Positions 50,800-58,881 of a stretch of 64,000 nt of DNA are shown here, in pieces (position 1 is the stretch's first letter; each line of letters opens with the position of its first letter). Under the pieces are notes generated by a model. The model saw only the letters and a program-made list of their open reading frames with translations. It ran no database searches and was not told the DNA's origin. The position numbers and the translations under genes are program-made. The stretch comes from Candidatus Stahliibacteriota bacterium (GTDB taxonomy: Bacteria; Hydrothermota; Tepidihabitantia; B3-TA06), in NCBI GenBank assembly GCA_004375895.1, contig SOJW01000011.1, positions 637 to 64,636 on the forward strand, given 5' to 3'.

Positions 50800-52761
50800 T
50801 TATTTATCAGGCTCCGCCTTCGGTATGTCCATGGCGCAGCGGAAGCCTATGTAGGGCGAGGCTTCGGAAGAATTTGCACCTCTGCGGGAATAGGTGGTCA
50901 TCCACTCCTTTCCGTCCGCGTAGCTTCCCCCGCGGTAGACCTTCAGTGTCCCTGTCTCAGGTCCTTTTGGATTCAGTGTATCCGCCGGATCATAGGGCGC
51001 GTACCAGTCCGCCACCCACTCCGCAACGTTGCCTGCCATGTTGAAGCAGTCGTAATGGTTAATACCTTTTGAGAAGGCATCCACAGGTGCGGTGGCCTTA
51101 TAGCCGTCACGCTTGCCTTTATCACTCCAGTTGCAGTATTTTTTGTTCCACTCGTTGCCCCAAGGGTAGGGATTGTAACAAAGATCTGAACCGTTACGCG
51201 AAGCAAACTCCCATTCCACCTCGGTCGGTAGCCGCTTATCTGCCCATTTTGCATAGGCCGAGGCACCATACCACGTTACATAGCGGACAGGGTAGTTCTC
51301 ATAGCCTGGCTTAACCTGATACCTGCCGTCCACGAGGTCTATCTCAGGGTTATTTGCATCATCGAACCAGTATGCACCGCCTTCCTCTTGATTACCAGCC
51401 GCATTAAGGAAATCACAAAACTCTTGGTTAGCGACCTCGTAGCGTTCGATGCAAAAATCGTCTACCTTGATCTTGATGGCGGGGGAGGAGGCAGTATCCA
51501 GAGCGTTTCCTAGCAGGAAGGAGTCCTTCCCGTGGATATGAGCTATCTCGGAAGGGATTATGAATAGTGGCCAGTAGCGGTCAACGTTTTCTGTGAACTC
51601 CTTCTGGGAGATGACCAGTTCCGAGTCTATGTCCAGGCCGCTGAGTCTTGAGAGAATGGCGATGGCGTTTTGCTGACTTTTATCTTCCGTCTCTAGAAAC
51701 TCGGCAAGGAACCGGGCGATGATTAAGGAATCCCCGGATTTATCCACCACCTTTGCCCAGAAGTATGGGGCGAGGTCATAACCCTTAAAACTTACGTTCC
51801 ATCCGCCCAAAGGTTTTGCAATGGTAGCCGTTGTCCAGGTCCTAAGGTCGTGAACCCTCTCAGGGTTTTTGTAGAAGCTTCCGCCTCTATCTAAAAGAGA
51901 CCTAGGGTAAAACCGTTTGCATATCTCGAAGGCGATGTAGTTTGCGATGCCGTCGCCGATCCAGCGGTTGGTTGAGTCTTGGTAGGCTCCGTAGCACTCT
52001 TCTATACCCCCTTCTACCCACTCGTGGGGGAAAGTGCCGTACACCCTCGCGCTGTCAGGTTCAAAAGACGTGCACATCCCTCCGACGCTTACACCCACAT
52101 AAAAACTATCTCTCATAATGATCGAAAGCGGCTTTAATCTCATGTGGGTAAGACTGTCTATAACCCTCTCGCCCTTCTTGAGCTCTGTCATCAACTGTCT
52201 TGCCTCTTCCTCGTGGCCCCCAGGGTAGTGCACCTCTATCATGCCGGCCTTTAACACAAGAAGCCCTTCGCTGGTCAACACATCCAATTTCTTAATTCCC
52301 AGCCATATTAAAACAAGCTCCAGGATTTCGGCACCTCCGGATGCTTGCAAGGACCCACTAACTTGCACGATCGGCTCTATCGGCTCATCGGAATACGCCG
52401 CGCAATTAACCTTCGAGTAGTTCCTTGCGCGCGGCACCCAGAAAAGCACTTCTCCCTTATCGTTTGAGAAGCCCTCGAATCTCGTGGATTTGTGGGTAAG
52501 CACGCACAGAACGCCTGGCTTGTGTTCGTATAGGGTGTCGTAGAATCGGAACATAAGAGGCAGGCTGTCGCCGGCGGCAAAATGCGAGAGGGCCTCAAGG
52601 TTCTCTTTTACCTCAAGAGAAAGCGAGGTGGTTTCAGGGTAAAGGAAGGTAGGTGTTGTTACCTCAATATCCGCTGAAGCAACGTTGGCGGCCAACAAGA
52701 GAAGGGTTATACCTACCAGGACCCATTTGCCGAATCCCCTTTTTTGCTTTAGCGGTTCCAT
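50800..52761 (-). CDS. Secreted protein with a C-terminal formylglycine-generating-enzyme (SUMF1/FGE-sulfatase) domain
   Basis: YPVRYVTWYGASAYAKWADKRLPTEVEWEFA...NMAGNVAEWVADWY...YRGGSY. The N-terminal ~400 aa are unassigned. Confidence 0.75.
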   Translation of the reverse strand: MEPLKQKRGFGKWVLVGITLLLLAANVASADIEVTTPTFLYPETTSLSLEVKENLEALSHFAAGDSLPLMFRFYDTLYEHKPGVLCVLTHKSTRFEGFSNDKGEVLFWVPRARNYSKVNCAAYSDEPIEPIVQVSGSLQASGGAEILELVLIWLGIKKLDVLTSEGLLVLKAGMIEVHYPGGHEEEARQLMTELKKGERVIDSLTHMRLKPLSIIMRDSFYVGVSVGGMCTSFEPDSARVYGTFPHEWVEGGIEECYGAYQDSTNRWIGDGIANYIAFEICKRFYPRSLLDRGGSFYKNPERVHDLRTWTTATIAKPLGGWNVSFKGYDLAPYFWAKVVDKSGDSLIIARFLAEFLETEDKSQQNAIAILSRLSGLDIDSELVISQKEFTENVDRYWPLFIIPSEIAHIHGKDSFLLGNALDTASSPAIKIKVDDFCIERYEVANQEFCDFLNAAGNQEEGGAYWFDDANNPEIDLVDGRYQVKPGYENYPVRYVTWYGASAYAKWADKRLPTEVEWEFASRNGSDLCYNPYPWGNEWNKKYCNWSDKGKRDGYKATAPVDAFSKGINHYDCFNMAGNVAEWVADWYAPYDPADTLNPKGPETGTLKVYRGGSYADGKEWMTTYSRRGANSSEASPYIGFRCAMDIPKAEPDK

Positions 52762-52830
52762 AAACTCCTCCTTTTGATTCTGATCAAGTTACGCCTTTTT
52801 ATATCGCGAGTTCATGATCTCCCTTAACAA

Positions 52831-53199
52831 TCAGTGGCCGGTTGCTTCCAGTATATTACCGTCCGGGTCAAGGAACTGGAAGGCAAAAACCCCGTCTCCT
52901 ACCTCCTCAGGCGCATCGTTCAGGATTTCTACACCCGCCGCCTTGAGCGCATCGAACGTCTCCTTGGCTGATTTCTCGGTTTCTAAAAAGAAGCTCAGGT
53001 GAGTATCGTCCATATCCACAGGATTCGGCTTATGGCCTGCCTCAAGGTAGATATTGATATTGCCTGATTTGGAGATAAGGAAACAGAGGGTAGGACAGAG
53101 ATCTGCCCTGACATCGAAACCGAGAATTTCGGTGTAAAACCTCTTGGCCCTCTCCATGTCTGAGACGTAGATGGCAAGGGTATGTATGCTTTTGAACAT
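52831..53199 (-). CDS. VOC family protein
   Basis: Start ATG 53199 after GGAGG. LAIYVSDMERAKRFYTEILGF...FLDPDGNILE. Confidence 0.8.
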   Translation of the reverse strand: MFKSIHTLAIYVSDMERAKRFYTEILGFDVRADLCPTLCFLISKSGNINIYLEAGHKPNPVDMDDTHLSFFLETEKSAKETFDALKAAGVEILNDAPEEVGDGVFAFQFLDPDGNILEATGH

Positions 53200-53219
53200 A
53201 AAGCCTCCTCTCTGGAAAC

Positions 53220-53684
53220 TCATGCCTCAGGCCAGTTGACCGGAGCTCCGGCTCCTTTGCCGTCAGAGATGTTTGAACCGGAAAAGTTATCTGAGCGGGC
53301 CTGAATGACGATAAAGTAGAGCTCTTCAGACGAGTTGTTGCGCCACGCGCGGATACCATTCGGTGCAACCCGGATTACTGTCCCTTCGCTGACGTCGATG
53401 ACTTCGCCGTCAATTTGAAACTGACCTTTGCCCTTGAGGAAGATATAAAGCTCCTCGTTGGCCTTATGCGCATGGTAGAACGGCACTCCCTCTCCCGACA
53501 GCATCTTGTTAAGGGATACCTCCATGCCGGTAAGCCCCAGTTCCTTTTTTAGGAACAACTTGCCCGGGAACCCAACGGGAAGATTGGGATGGGTGAAGGT
53601 ATAATTGTCCAGCTTCTCCCACCTGCCGATATTGGCAACGGTGAAGTTCTTCCCCTCTGTCTTCTTAAGCGATGATTCTGCCAC
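53220..53684 (-). CDS. Cupin-domain protein
   Basis: G..VPFYHAHKANEELYIFLKGKG.F.IDGE....EG..IRV.P cupin motifs. Confidence 0.7.
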   Translation of the reverse strand: MAESSLKKTEGKNFTVANIGRWEKLDNYTFTHPNLPVGFPGKLFLKKELGLTGMEVSLNKMLSGEGVPFYHAHKANEELYIFLKGKGQFQIDGEVIDVSEGTVIRVAPNGIRAWRNNSSEELYFIVIQARSDNFSGSNISDGKGAGAPVNWPEA

Positions 53685-53687
53685 GGC

Positions 53688-53915
53688 TTATCCTCCTTTC
53701 TTTACGGCCTCTACGATGAGAAGCTCATCGCCTTGCTTAGGCTTCTTAAATTCGTAGCTTCCGAACTCCGCTCTTACCTCAAACCCCGTCTGTCCGAGCA
53801 AACGATGTACATTATCCCGATCGATAATGCCTGCGAAAGACTTCTGTTCGATCTTCTCCACGAGCTTGCTGGATTCATAGATCTCGAAGACAAGCAGGAC
53901 TTGTTTTGTCGCCAC
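53688..53915 (-). pseudogene. Stand-alone C-terminal fragment of a class I SAM-methyltransferase (75 codons)
   Basis: ...VHRLLGQTGFEVRAEFGSYEFK...LLIVEAVKK resembles a methyltransferase C-terminus. No SAM-binding N-terminal domain lies upstream. Confidence 0.4.
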
Positions 53916-53993
53916 TCTTCACTATACCGGTAAGCCCGATTGTGTCAAGCAGGAATAGTCCACAGTCTAATTTTCCGCGGGTTGAGCAATTCC

Positions 53994-54021
53994 TTGACTT
54001 ACGTTTAGCCCAGCCTATACT
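53994..54021 (+). promoter_or_regulatory. Sigma70-like promoter of the lyase/hydratase operon
   Basis: TTGACT, 16 nt, TATACT. The leader carries GGAGG 6 nt before GTG 54052. Confidence 0.5.
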
Positions 54022-54051
54022 CCGGCAGGTTCGAAAACATGGAGGATGTTC

Positions 54052-54963
54052 GTGAAGAAGACTACACAACTTAAGAAGATGATTGCCGAGCGCCGGGCGG
54101 TGGTGGCTCCGGGCTGCTACGACGTGCTTTCGGCCAAACTGATCGAGGAGGCCGGGTTCGAGCTTACCCAGGTCTCAGGCTTCGGCGTCTCCGCCTGCCT
54201 TCTCGGCAAACCCGACGTGGGTCTATTGGGCTGGAACGAGGTAGTTGACATGACCTGGCGGGTGGCCCAGGCGGTTAGCATCCCGGTGATGGGAGACGGC
54301 GACACCGGGTTCGGCAACGCCTTGAACGTTATCCGCACCGTGCAGGACTTCATCCAGGTAGGTGCGGCAGGAGTCAATCTGGAGGATCAGGTATTCCCCA
54401 AACGCTGCGGACACATGGAGGGCAAGCAGCTGGTGTCCGAAGAGGAGATGGTTTTAAAGATCGAGGCGGCGGTTGAGGCTCGCTCCGATCTTGATCCTGA
54501 CTTCGTGATCAACGCCCGCACCGACGCCATCGCTGTGACCGGCTACGAGGACGCGATCAAGCGCGCCAATGCCTATGCCAAGGCGGGCGCGGACATGATA
54601 TTCCTGGAGGCGCCAACCGACAAGGAGATGATCAGAGATGCTGTCTCGAAGATCGATGCGCCGCTATCCATAAATCTGTTTGATTCCGTCGTTGGCGGCA
54701 AGACCCCGCTTATCCCTATCGAGGAGCTTAGAGAACTGGGCGTTGCCCGTGTTTCCGTTCCCGTGGGAACCATATTTGTGGTTACCAAGTGGCTGCGCGA
54801 GTATCTGAAGGTCTTAAAAGAACGCGGCATCATGCCCGACCGCACCGATCTTCTGTGCACCTTCGATGAGTTCAAGAAACTGGTGGGTCTGCCTGAGTAC
54901 AAGGAGATGGAAAAACGCTTCCTTCCCAGAGCGGTGGTTGAGCAGAAGTATAAAGGTAAGTAG
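54052..54963 (+). CDS. Isocitrate lyase / PEP mutase superfamily enzyme (methylisocitrate-lyase or dimethylmalate-lyase-like)
   Basis: GDGDTGFGN and NLEDQVFPKRCGHMEGK signature motifs. GTG start chosen by SD spacing. Confidence 0.85.
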   Translation: MKKTTQLKKMIAERRAVVAPGCYDVLSAKLIEEAGFELTQVSGFGVSACLLGKPDVGLLGWNEVVDMTWRVAQAVSIPVMGDGDTGFGNALNVIRTVQDFIQVGAAGVNLEDQVFPKRCGHMEGKQLVSEEEMVLKIEAAVEARSDLDPDFVINARTDAIAVTGYEDAIKRANAYAKAGADMIFLEAPTDKEMIRDAVSKIDAPLSINLFDSVVGGKTPLIPIEELRELGVARVSVPVGTIFVVTKWLREYLKVLKERGIMPDRTDLLCTFDEFKKLVGLPEYKEMEKRFLPRAVVEQKYKGK

Positions 54964-54971
54964 GAGTCATC

Positions 54972-56246
54972 ATGGGAATGACGAGTCCGCTGACTCTGAC
55001 CGAAAAGATTCTGGCCAAAAAAGCAGGCAAAGATGAGGTCCGCGCAGGGGAGATCGTTTCGGCAAAGGTGGACGTGGCCATGTCGCACGAGAACGCACGC
55101 ATGGTCAAGAAATCCTTCGAGAAGATCGGTGTAGAAAAAGTGTGGGACCCGGACAGGATCGTCATCATCTTCGATCACCGTGTTCCTGCAGAATCCGAAC
55201 GCACCGCCCTCGGTCAGAAAGAGCTTCGCGAGTTCGTAAAGGCCCAGGGGATCAAGAACTTTTACGACATCAATGTCGGAGTCTGCCATCAAGTACTCGT
55301 GGAGGAGGGGTTCTCCCGACCGGGCATCCTTCTTGTAGGCACCGACTCCCACACCACCACTGGCGGTGCCCTGGGTGCGTTTGCCACCGGCATCGGCGCA
55401 ACTGAGATGGCCGCGGTGTGGGCAACAGGTGAGCTGTGGCTGTGCGTTCCTGAAACCCTCAAGATAGTAGTCAACGGAAAACTCCCTAAGGGTGTTTACG
55501 CCAAGGACATCGTTCTCAAGGTAATCGGGACCATCGGTGCAGACGGCGCCGACTATAAGGCGATGGAATACTCCGGCGAAGCCATCTCCGGTCTATCCGT
55601 AGCCTCCCGCATGGTTATCTCCAACCTGTCCATGGAGGCGGGAGCCAAGGTAGCGTTCGTTGTCCCGGATAAGGTTACCGAGGATTACGTAAAGGACCGC
55701 GCCAAAGGCCCGTACGAGATGCTTGCTTCCGATCCTGACGCCCGCTACGCGTCGGAGCACACCTTCGACGTATCTGACCTGGAACCGCAGCTGGCATGCC
55801 CCCATCAGGTGGATAACGTGAAAGGAATCTCCGAGGTCGCTGGCAAGAAGATAGACCAGGCCGTGATCGGCTCCTGCACCAACGGTCGTCTGGAGGACCT
55901 GCGCGAGGCGGCACGGGTTCTCAAGGGGCGTAAGGTTGACCCGGGAGTCCGCTTGCTGGTTGTTCCCGCATCCTGGAAGATATTCAAAGAGGCACTTTCC
56001 GAAGGAATTATCGAGACGTTGGTCGACACCGGTGCAGTATTAGTCAACGCGGGATGCGGGCCCTGTCTGGGTGCGCACCAGGGTTGCCTTGCCCCTGGCG
56101 AGGTGGCGGTTACTTCTACTAACCGCAACTTCCAGGGACGTATGGGCAGCGCCGAGGCGTTCCTCTATCTGGCATCCCCGGCGACGGTGGCGGCGTCGGC
56201 AATAGAGGGCAAGATAGCAGATCCACGCAGATATCTGGAGGCATGA
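54972..56246 (+). CDS. Aconitase-family dehydratase large subunit (LeuC/HacA/DmdA-like)
   Basis: GTDSHTTTGGALGAF, GSCTNGR and CGPCLG cluster ligand motifs. Confidence 0.9.
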   Translation: MGMTSPLTLTEKILAKKAGKDEVRAGEIVSAKVDVAMSHENARMVKKSFEKIGVEKVWDPDRIVIIFDHRVPAESERTALGQKELREFVKAQGIKNFYDINVGVCHQVLVEEGFSRPGILLVGTDSHTTTGGALGAFATGIGATEMAAVWATGELWLCVPETLKIVVNGKLPKGVYAKDIVLKVIGTIGADGADYKAMEYSGEAISGLSVASRMVISNLSMEAGAKVAFVVPDKVTEDYVKDRAKGPYEMLASDPDARYASEHTFDVSDLEPQLACPHQVDNVKGISEVAGKKIDQAVIGSCTNGRLEDLREAARVLKGRKVDPGVRLLVVPASWKIFKEALSEGIIETLVDTGAVLVNAGCGPCLGAHQGCLAPGEVAVTSTNRNFQGRMGSAEAFLYLASPATVAASAIEGKIADPRRYLEA

Positions 56247-56746
56247 TGGAACTCATAAAAGGACGCGCGTGGATTTTCCCGGATGACGTGAATACCGACG
56301 TTATCTATCCGGGGCGGTACATGTCCATAACCGACGCCGAGGAGACCCCAAAGTACCTGTTTGAGACCGTCTACCCCGACTTCCGCTCCAAGGCCAAGCC
56401 CGGAGACATCATCGTTGCCGGCAAGTATTTCGGGTGCGGCTCGTCGCGCGAGCAGGCGGCCACCGCTATCCGCTACTTCGGCATCGCCTGCGTGGTTGCC
56501 TACTCGTTTGCCCGGATCTTCTACCGCAACGCCATCAACCTCGGTTTGCCCATTGCAGTTGTGCCCGGCATCCGCGAACACGTTGAGGAAGGGGATGAGA
56601 TCACGGTTGACCTTGCTCAAGGCAAGTTGAAGAACCTTACTACGGGCAAGGGACTATCGTTTGAGCCATTGCCTCGCTTCATCCTCGATCTCATCAACCA
56701 GGGCGGATTGATCCCGGCCACGCGCAAGAAACTAGGATTGGGATAG
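56243..56746 (+). CDS. Aconitase-family dehydratase small subunit (LeuD/HacB/DmdB-like)
   Basis: NTDVIYPGRY, GKYFGCGSSREQA. ATGA overlap with the large subunit. Confidence 0.9.
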   Translation: MMELIKGRAWIFPDDVNTDVIYPGRYMSITDAEETPKYLFETVYPDFRSKAKPGDIIVAGKYFGCGSSREQAATAIRYFGIACVVAYSFARIFYRNAINLGLPIAVVPGIREHVEEGDEITVDLAQGKLKNLTTGKGLSFEPLPRFILDLINQGGLIPATRKKLGLG

Positions 56747-56751
56747 GACTT

Positions 56752-56790
56752 AAACCGCAGATTACGCCGATTTCACGGATTGGGTTAATC
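56752..56790 (+). repeat. Left terminal inverted repeat of the GxxExxY cassette
   Basis: AAACCGCAGATTACGCCGATTTCACGGATTGGGTTAATC. The outer 12 nt are the exact complement of 57239-57250. Confidence 0.65.
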
Positions 56791-56795
56791 TATTT

Positions 56796-57203
56796 CTATT
56801 CTACGTTAGTCTGTGTAATCTGTGGTTTTTCTTTTGAGTTGATAAACCTTTTGTATTCGAGAGAGGGAGCGGCGAAATTGAGGAGGATTCCTAGTTCCAA
56901 TCCGGTTGCTTTGAGATAATTAATTACTTGAGCTTCTTCGATCTTCCCCAAATGGGATACGGTCTTGAGCTCAACAATGATTGAATCGTAACAAATGAAG
57001 TCGGCACGATAAGAAGTGTTGAGTTGCTGATTTTTATATAATACGGGTAATTCAACTTCACGCTTAAATGGAATGCCTCTGGCTGTAAGTTCTGTCGCAA
57101 GGGCCTCCTGATAGACTGCTTCGAGAAAACCATTTCCTAACTGGCGATGAACTTCCATTGCCGCACCGATTATATCGTAGGTTCTCTTGTCCTTTATCAT
57201 CAT
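56796..57203 (-). CDS. GxxExxY family protein (PD-(D/E)xK-like)
   Basis: IIGAAMEVHRQLGNGFLEAVYQEAL...YRADFICYDSIIVELK. AT-rich. Confidence 0.85.
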   Translation of the reverse strand: MMIKDKRTYDIIGAAMEVHRQLGNGFLEAVYQEALATELTARGIPFKREVELPVLYKNQQLNTSYRADFICYDSIIVELKTVSHLGKIEEAQVINYLKATGLELGILLNFAAPSLEYKRFINSKEKPQITQTNVE

Positions 57204-57216
57204 TACTTCTTATTCA

Positions 57217-57250
57217 GATTAATCTGAGTAATCTGCGAAATCTGCGGTTT
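57217..57250 (-). repeat. Right terminal inverted repeat of the GxxExxY cassette
   Basis: GATTAATCTGAGTAATCTGCGAAATCTGCGGTTT, built from AATCTG(N) repeats. Confidence 0.65.
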
Positions 57251-57255
57251 CATCT

Positions 57256-57543
57256 CTACCATTCCTCGTAGGTGACTCGGAAATCACTGAACTCATGGGT
57301 GGGCTTTTGCCATTCCACATCCACCCTGGTAACGCGCGCAGATGAAGGTCCGATTCTCAGTTCCTCAAGAAACGCATTAAGAGCGTCCCTTGGTCCTTCA
57401 GCAACCGTCTCCACCTTGTCGTATCCGAGGTTGCGCACCCAGCCGGTTAAGTTCAGCCTTTGCGCCAGTCTAACCGTGAAGTAGCGAAAATTCACACCCT
57501 GAACAACGCCGTGGACCACTGCATGCAGCCTGGCATCACTCAC
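57256..57543 (-). CDS. acyP: Acylphosphatase
   Basis: VHGVVQGVNFRYF...GWVRN motif. GTG 57543 overlaps the upstream stop. Confidence 0.85.
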   Translation of the reverse strand: MSDARLHAVVHGVVQGVNFRYFTVRLAQRLNLTGWVRNLGYDKVETVAEGPRDALNAFLEELRIGPSSARVTRVDVEWQKPTHEFSDFRVTYEEW

Positions 57544-58000
57544 CGAGCACCTCCTTGATTCGTTCGATCGCATCGGCTGGATCCTTGACCATCTTTACCC
57601 CTGATATATCCCATGTCCCTATCCCGAACACCAGCTTCTTGCGGGCGAGTGCTAAGGCGATCTCTGACAGCGTTCCGTACTTGCCGTCAACCGCTACCAG
57701 TGCATCTGCCGAATGCACGATAATCACGTTGCGCCCCTCACCCATACCGGTAAGGATAAGATGAGTAAGGTATGGATTGGCTTTGGAGTCGCTTGAGTCC
57801 GGCAGCACGCCTATAGTCACTCCACCTGCCTTGATCGCTCCCTTACACGCCGCCTCCATCACACCGCCGCGTCCACCGCAGATTAACGTCCAACCCTCTT
57901 CTGCGATCAGTCGTCCCAACTCCTCGGCAATTCGGGCAGTCTTTTGGCTGCAGAACCTGCCGCCTATCACGCCTATCTGGATGTTGCGGCTCTCTTCCAT
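57536..58000 (-). CDS. TIGR00725/LOG-like Rossmann-fold protein
   Basis: IGVIGG...LICGGRGGVMEAACKGA...GGVTIGVLP...GTLSE pattern. Confidence 0.7.
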   Translation of the reverse strand: MEESRNIQIGVIGGRFCSQKTARIAEELGRLIAEEGWTLICGGRGGVMEAACKGAIKAGGVTIGVLPDSSDSKANPYLTHLILTGMGEGRNVIIVHSADALVAVDGKYGTLSEIALALARKKLVFGIGTWDISGVKMVKDPADAIERIKEVLGE

Positions 58001-58004
58001 AAAT

Positions 58005-58538
58005 CTACCCTTCGAACTCCAGGTAACCTATGTATGGCAGATGCCGGAAACGCTCGTCCCAGTCAAGACCGTAGCCTACAACGAACTTGTTGGGAACGGT
58101 GAAACCCAGGTAGTCTATATGAACCGCCACTTCCCTGCGCTCCGGCTTGTCCAGAAGGGAACAGACGGCGAGTGATGCAGGTTCCCTTTCCTTCAATATG
58201 TTGAGGAGTGTGGCAAGTGTGTGGCCGGTGTCTACGATGTCCTCTATCAAGATCACATGGCGACCTCTAATAGGGGTGGAAAGATCGGTCAGGAGGCGCA
58301 CCTCGCCGGTTGATTCCGTGCCCGAGCCGTAGCTTGATACCCGGATGAAGTCGCACTGATGTGGGATTGTTATCGCCCGCGTAAGGTCTGCCAGAAACAT
58401 CCACGCCCCCTTGAGGATTCCAACCAGCAACGGATTCTTGCCTGCGTAATCCTCGGTGATCTCCGCAGCCAGCTCTTGGACGCGCTCGGCTATCTCTTCC
58501 TCGGTAAAGAGGGTTACAATGGTAGGTTCTTCGTTCAT
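58005..58538 (-). CDS. hpt: Hypoxanthine phosphoribosyltransferase
   Basis: VILIEDIVDTGHT PRPP motif. Start moved to ATG 58538 because the longer ORF would overlap tRNA-Pro. Confidence 0.9.
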   Translation of the reverse strand: MNEEPTIVTLFTEEEIAERVQELAAEITEDYAGKNPLLVGILKGAWMFLADLTRAITIPHQCDFIRVSSYGSGTESTGEVRLLTDLSTPIRGRHVILIEDIVDTGHTLATLLNILKEREPASLAVCSLLDKPERREVAVHIDYLGFTVPNKFVVGYGLDWDERFRHLPYIGYLEFEG

Positions 58539-58544
58539 CGGAAG

Positions 58545-58619
58545 TCGGGGCGAGTGGATTTGAACCACCGACCTCTTGGTCCCGAACCAAGCGCGCTAAC
58601 CGGGCTGCGCTACGCCCCG
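58545..58619 (-). tRNA. tRNA-Pro (anticodon CGG)
   Basis: Manual cloverleaf of the reverse complement: CGGGGCG...CTTGG-TTCGGGA-CCAAG...GGTGG-TTCAAAT-CCACT-CGCCCCG-A. Confidence 0.9.
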
Positions 58620-58636
58620 CAATCCCGTAACACCGA

Positions 58637-58665
58637 ATTATACGATGCCTGCGAGAAGTTGTCAA
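58637..58665 (-). promoter_or_regulatory. Consensus promoter of tRNA-Pro(CGG)-hpt
   Basis: On the minus strand: TTGACA, 17 nt, TATAAT. It lies about 17 nt upstream of the tRNA 5' end. Confidence 0.55.
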
Positions 58666-58748
58666 CAGCGGGGGATTGCGATCCTCATAGATCATTATTG
58701 GATGGTAACTCATAATCCAGGAGTCGATTCCATCAGGATTGAGAATTT

Positions 58749-58776
58749 GTAGGGGCACGGCATGCCGTGCCCCTAC
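58749..58776. repeat. Perfect 28-nt palindrome GTAGGGGCACGGCATGCCGTGCCCCTAC (R4-related)
   Basis: Exact self-complementarity, read directly from the sequence. Confidence 0.8.
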
Positions 58777-58827
58777 CCCTTCAAAAGGGCATTTTGATCC
58801 GTTAGAGTTGTGGTGTGTTCCGGGGGG

Positions 58828-58855
58828 TTGACTCCCTCGCAGCTTTCCCTATAGT
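58828..58855 (+). promoter_or_regulatory. Sigma70-like promoter of the flavodoxin-like gene
   Basis: TTGACT, 16 nt, TATAGT. The leader carries AAGGAGG before TTG 58882. Confidence 0.5.
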
Positions 58856-58881
58856 CTCTCTGTTGTAACCAAGGAGGAACG

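Noticed and set aside
58539-58568. Longer hpt ORF starting at 58568
   Set aside because: It would overlap tRNA-Pro(CGG) at 58545-58619. ATG 58538 gives a normal HPRT N-terminus.
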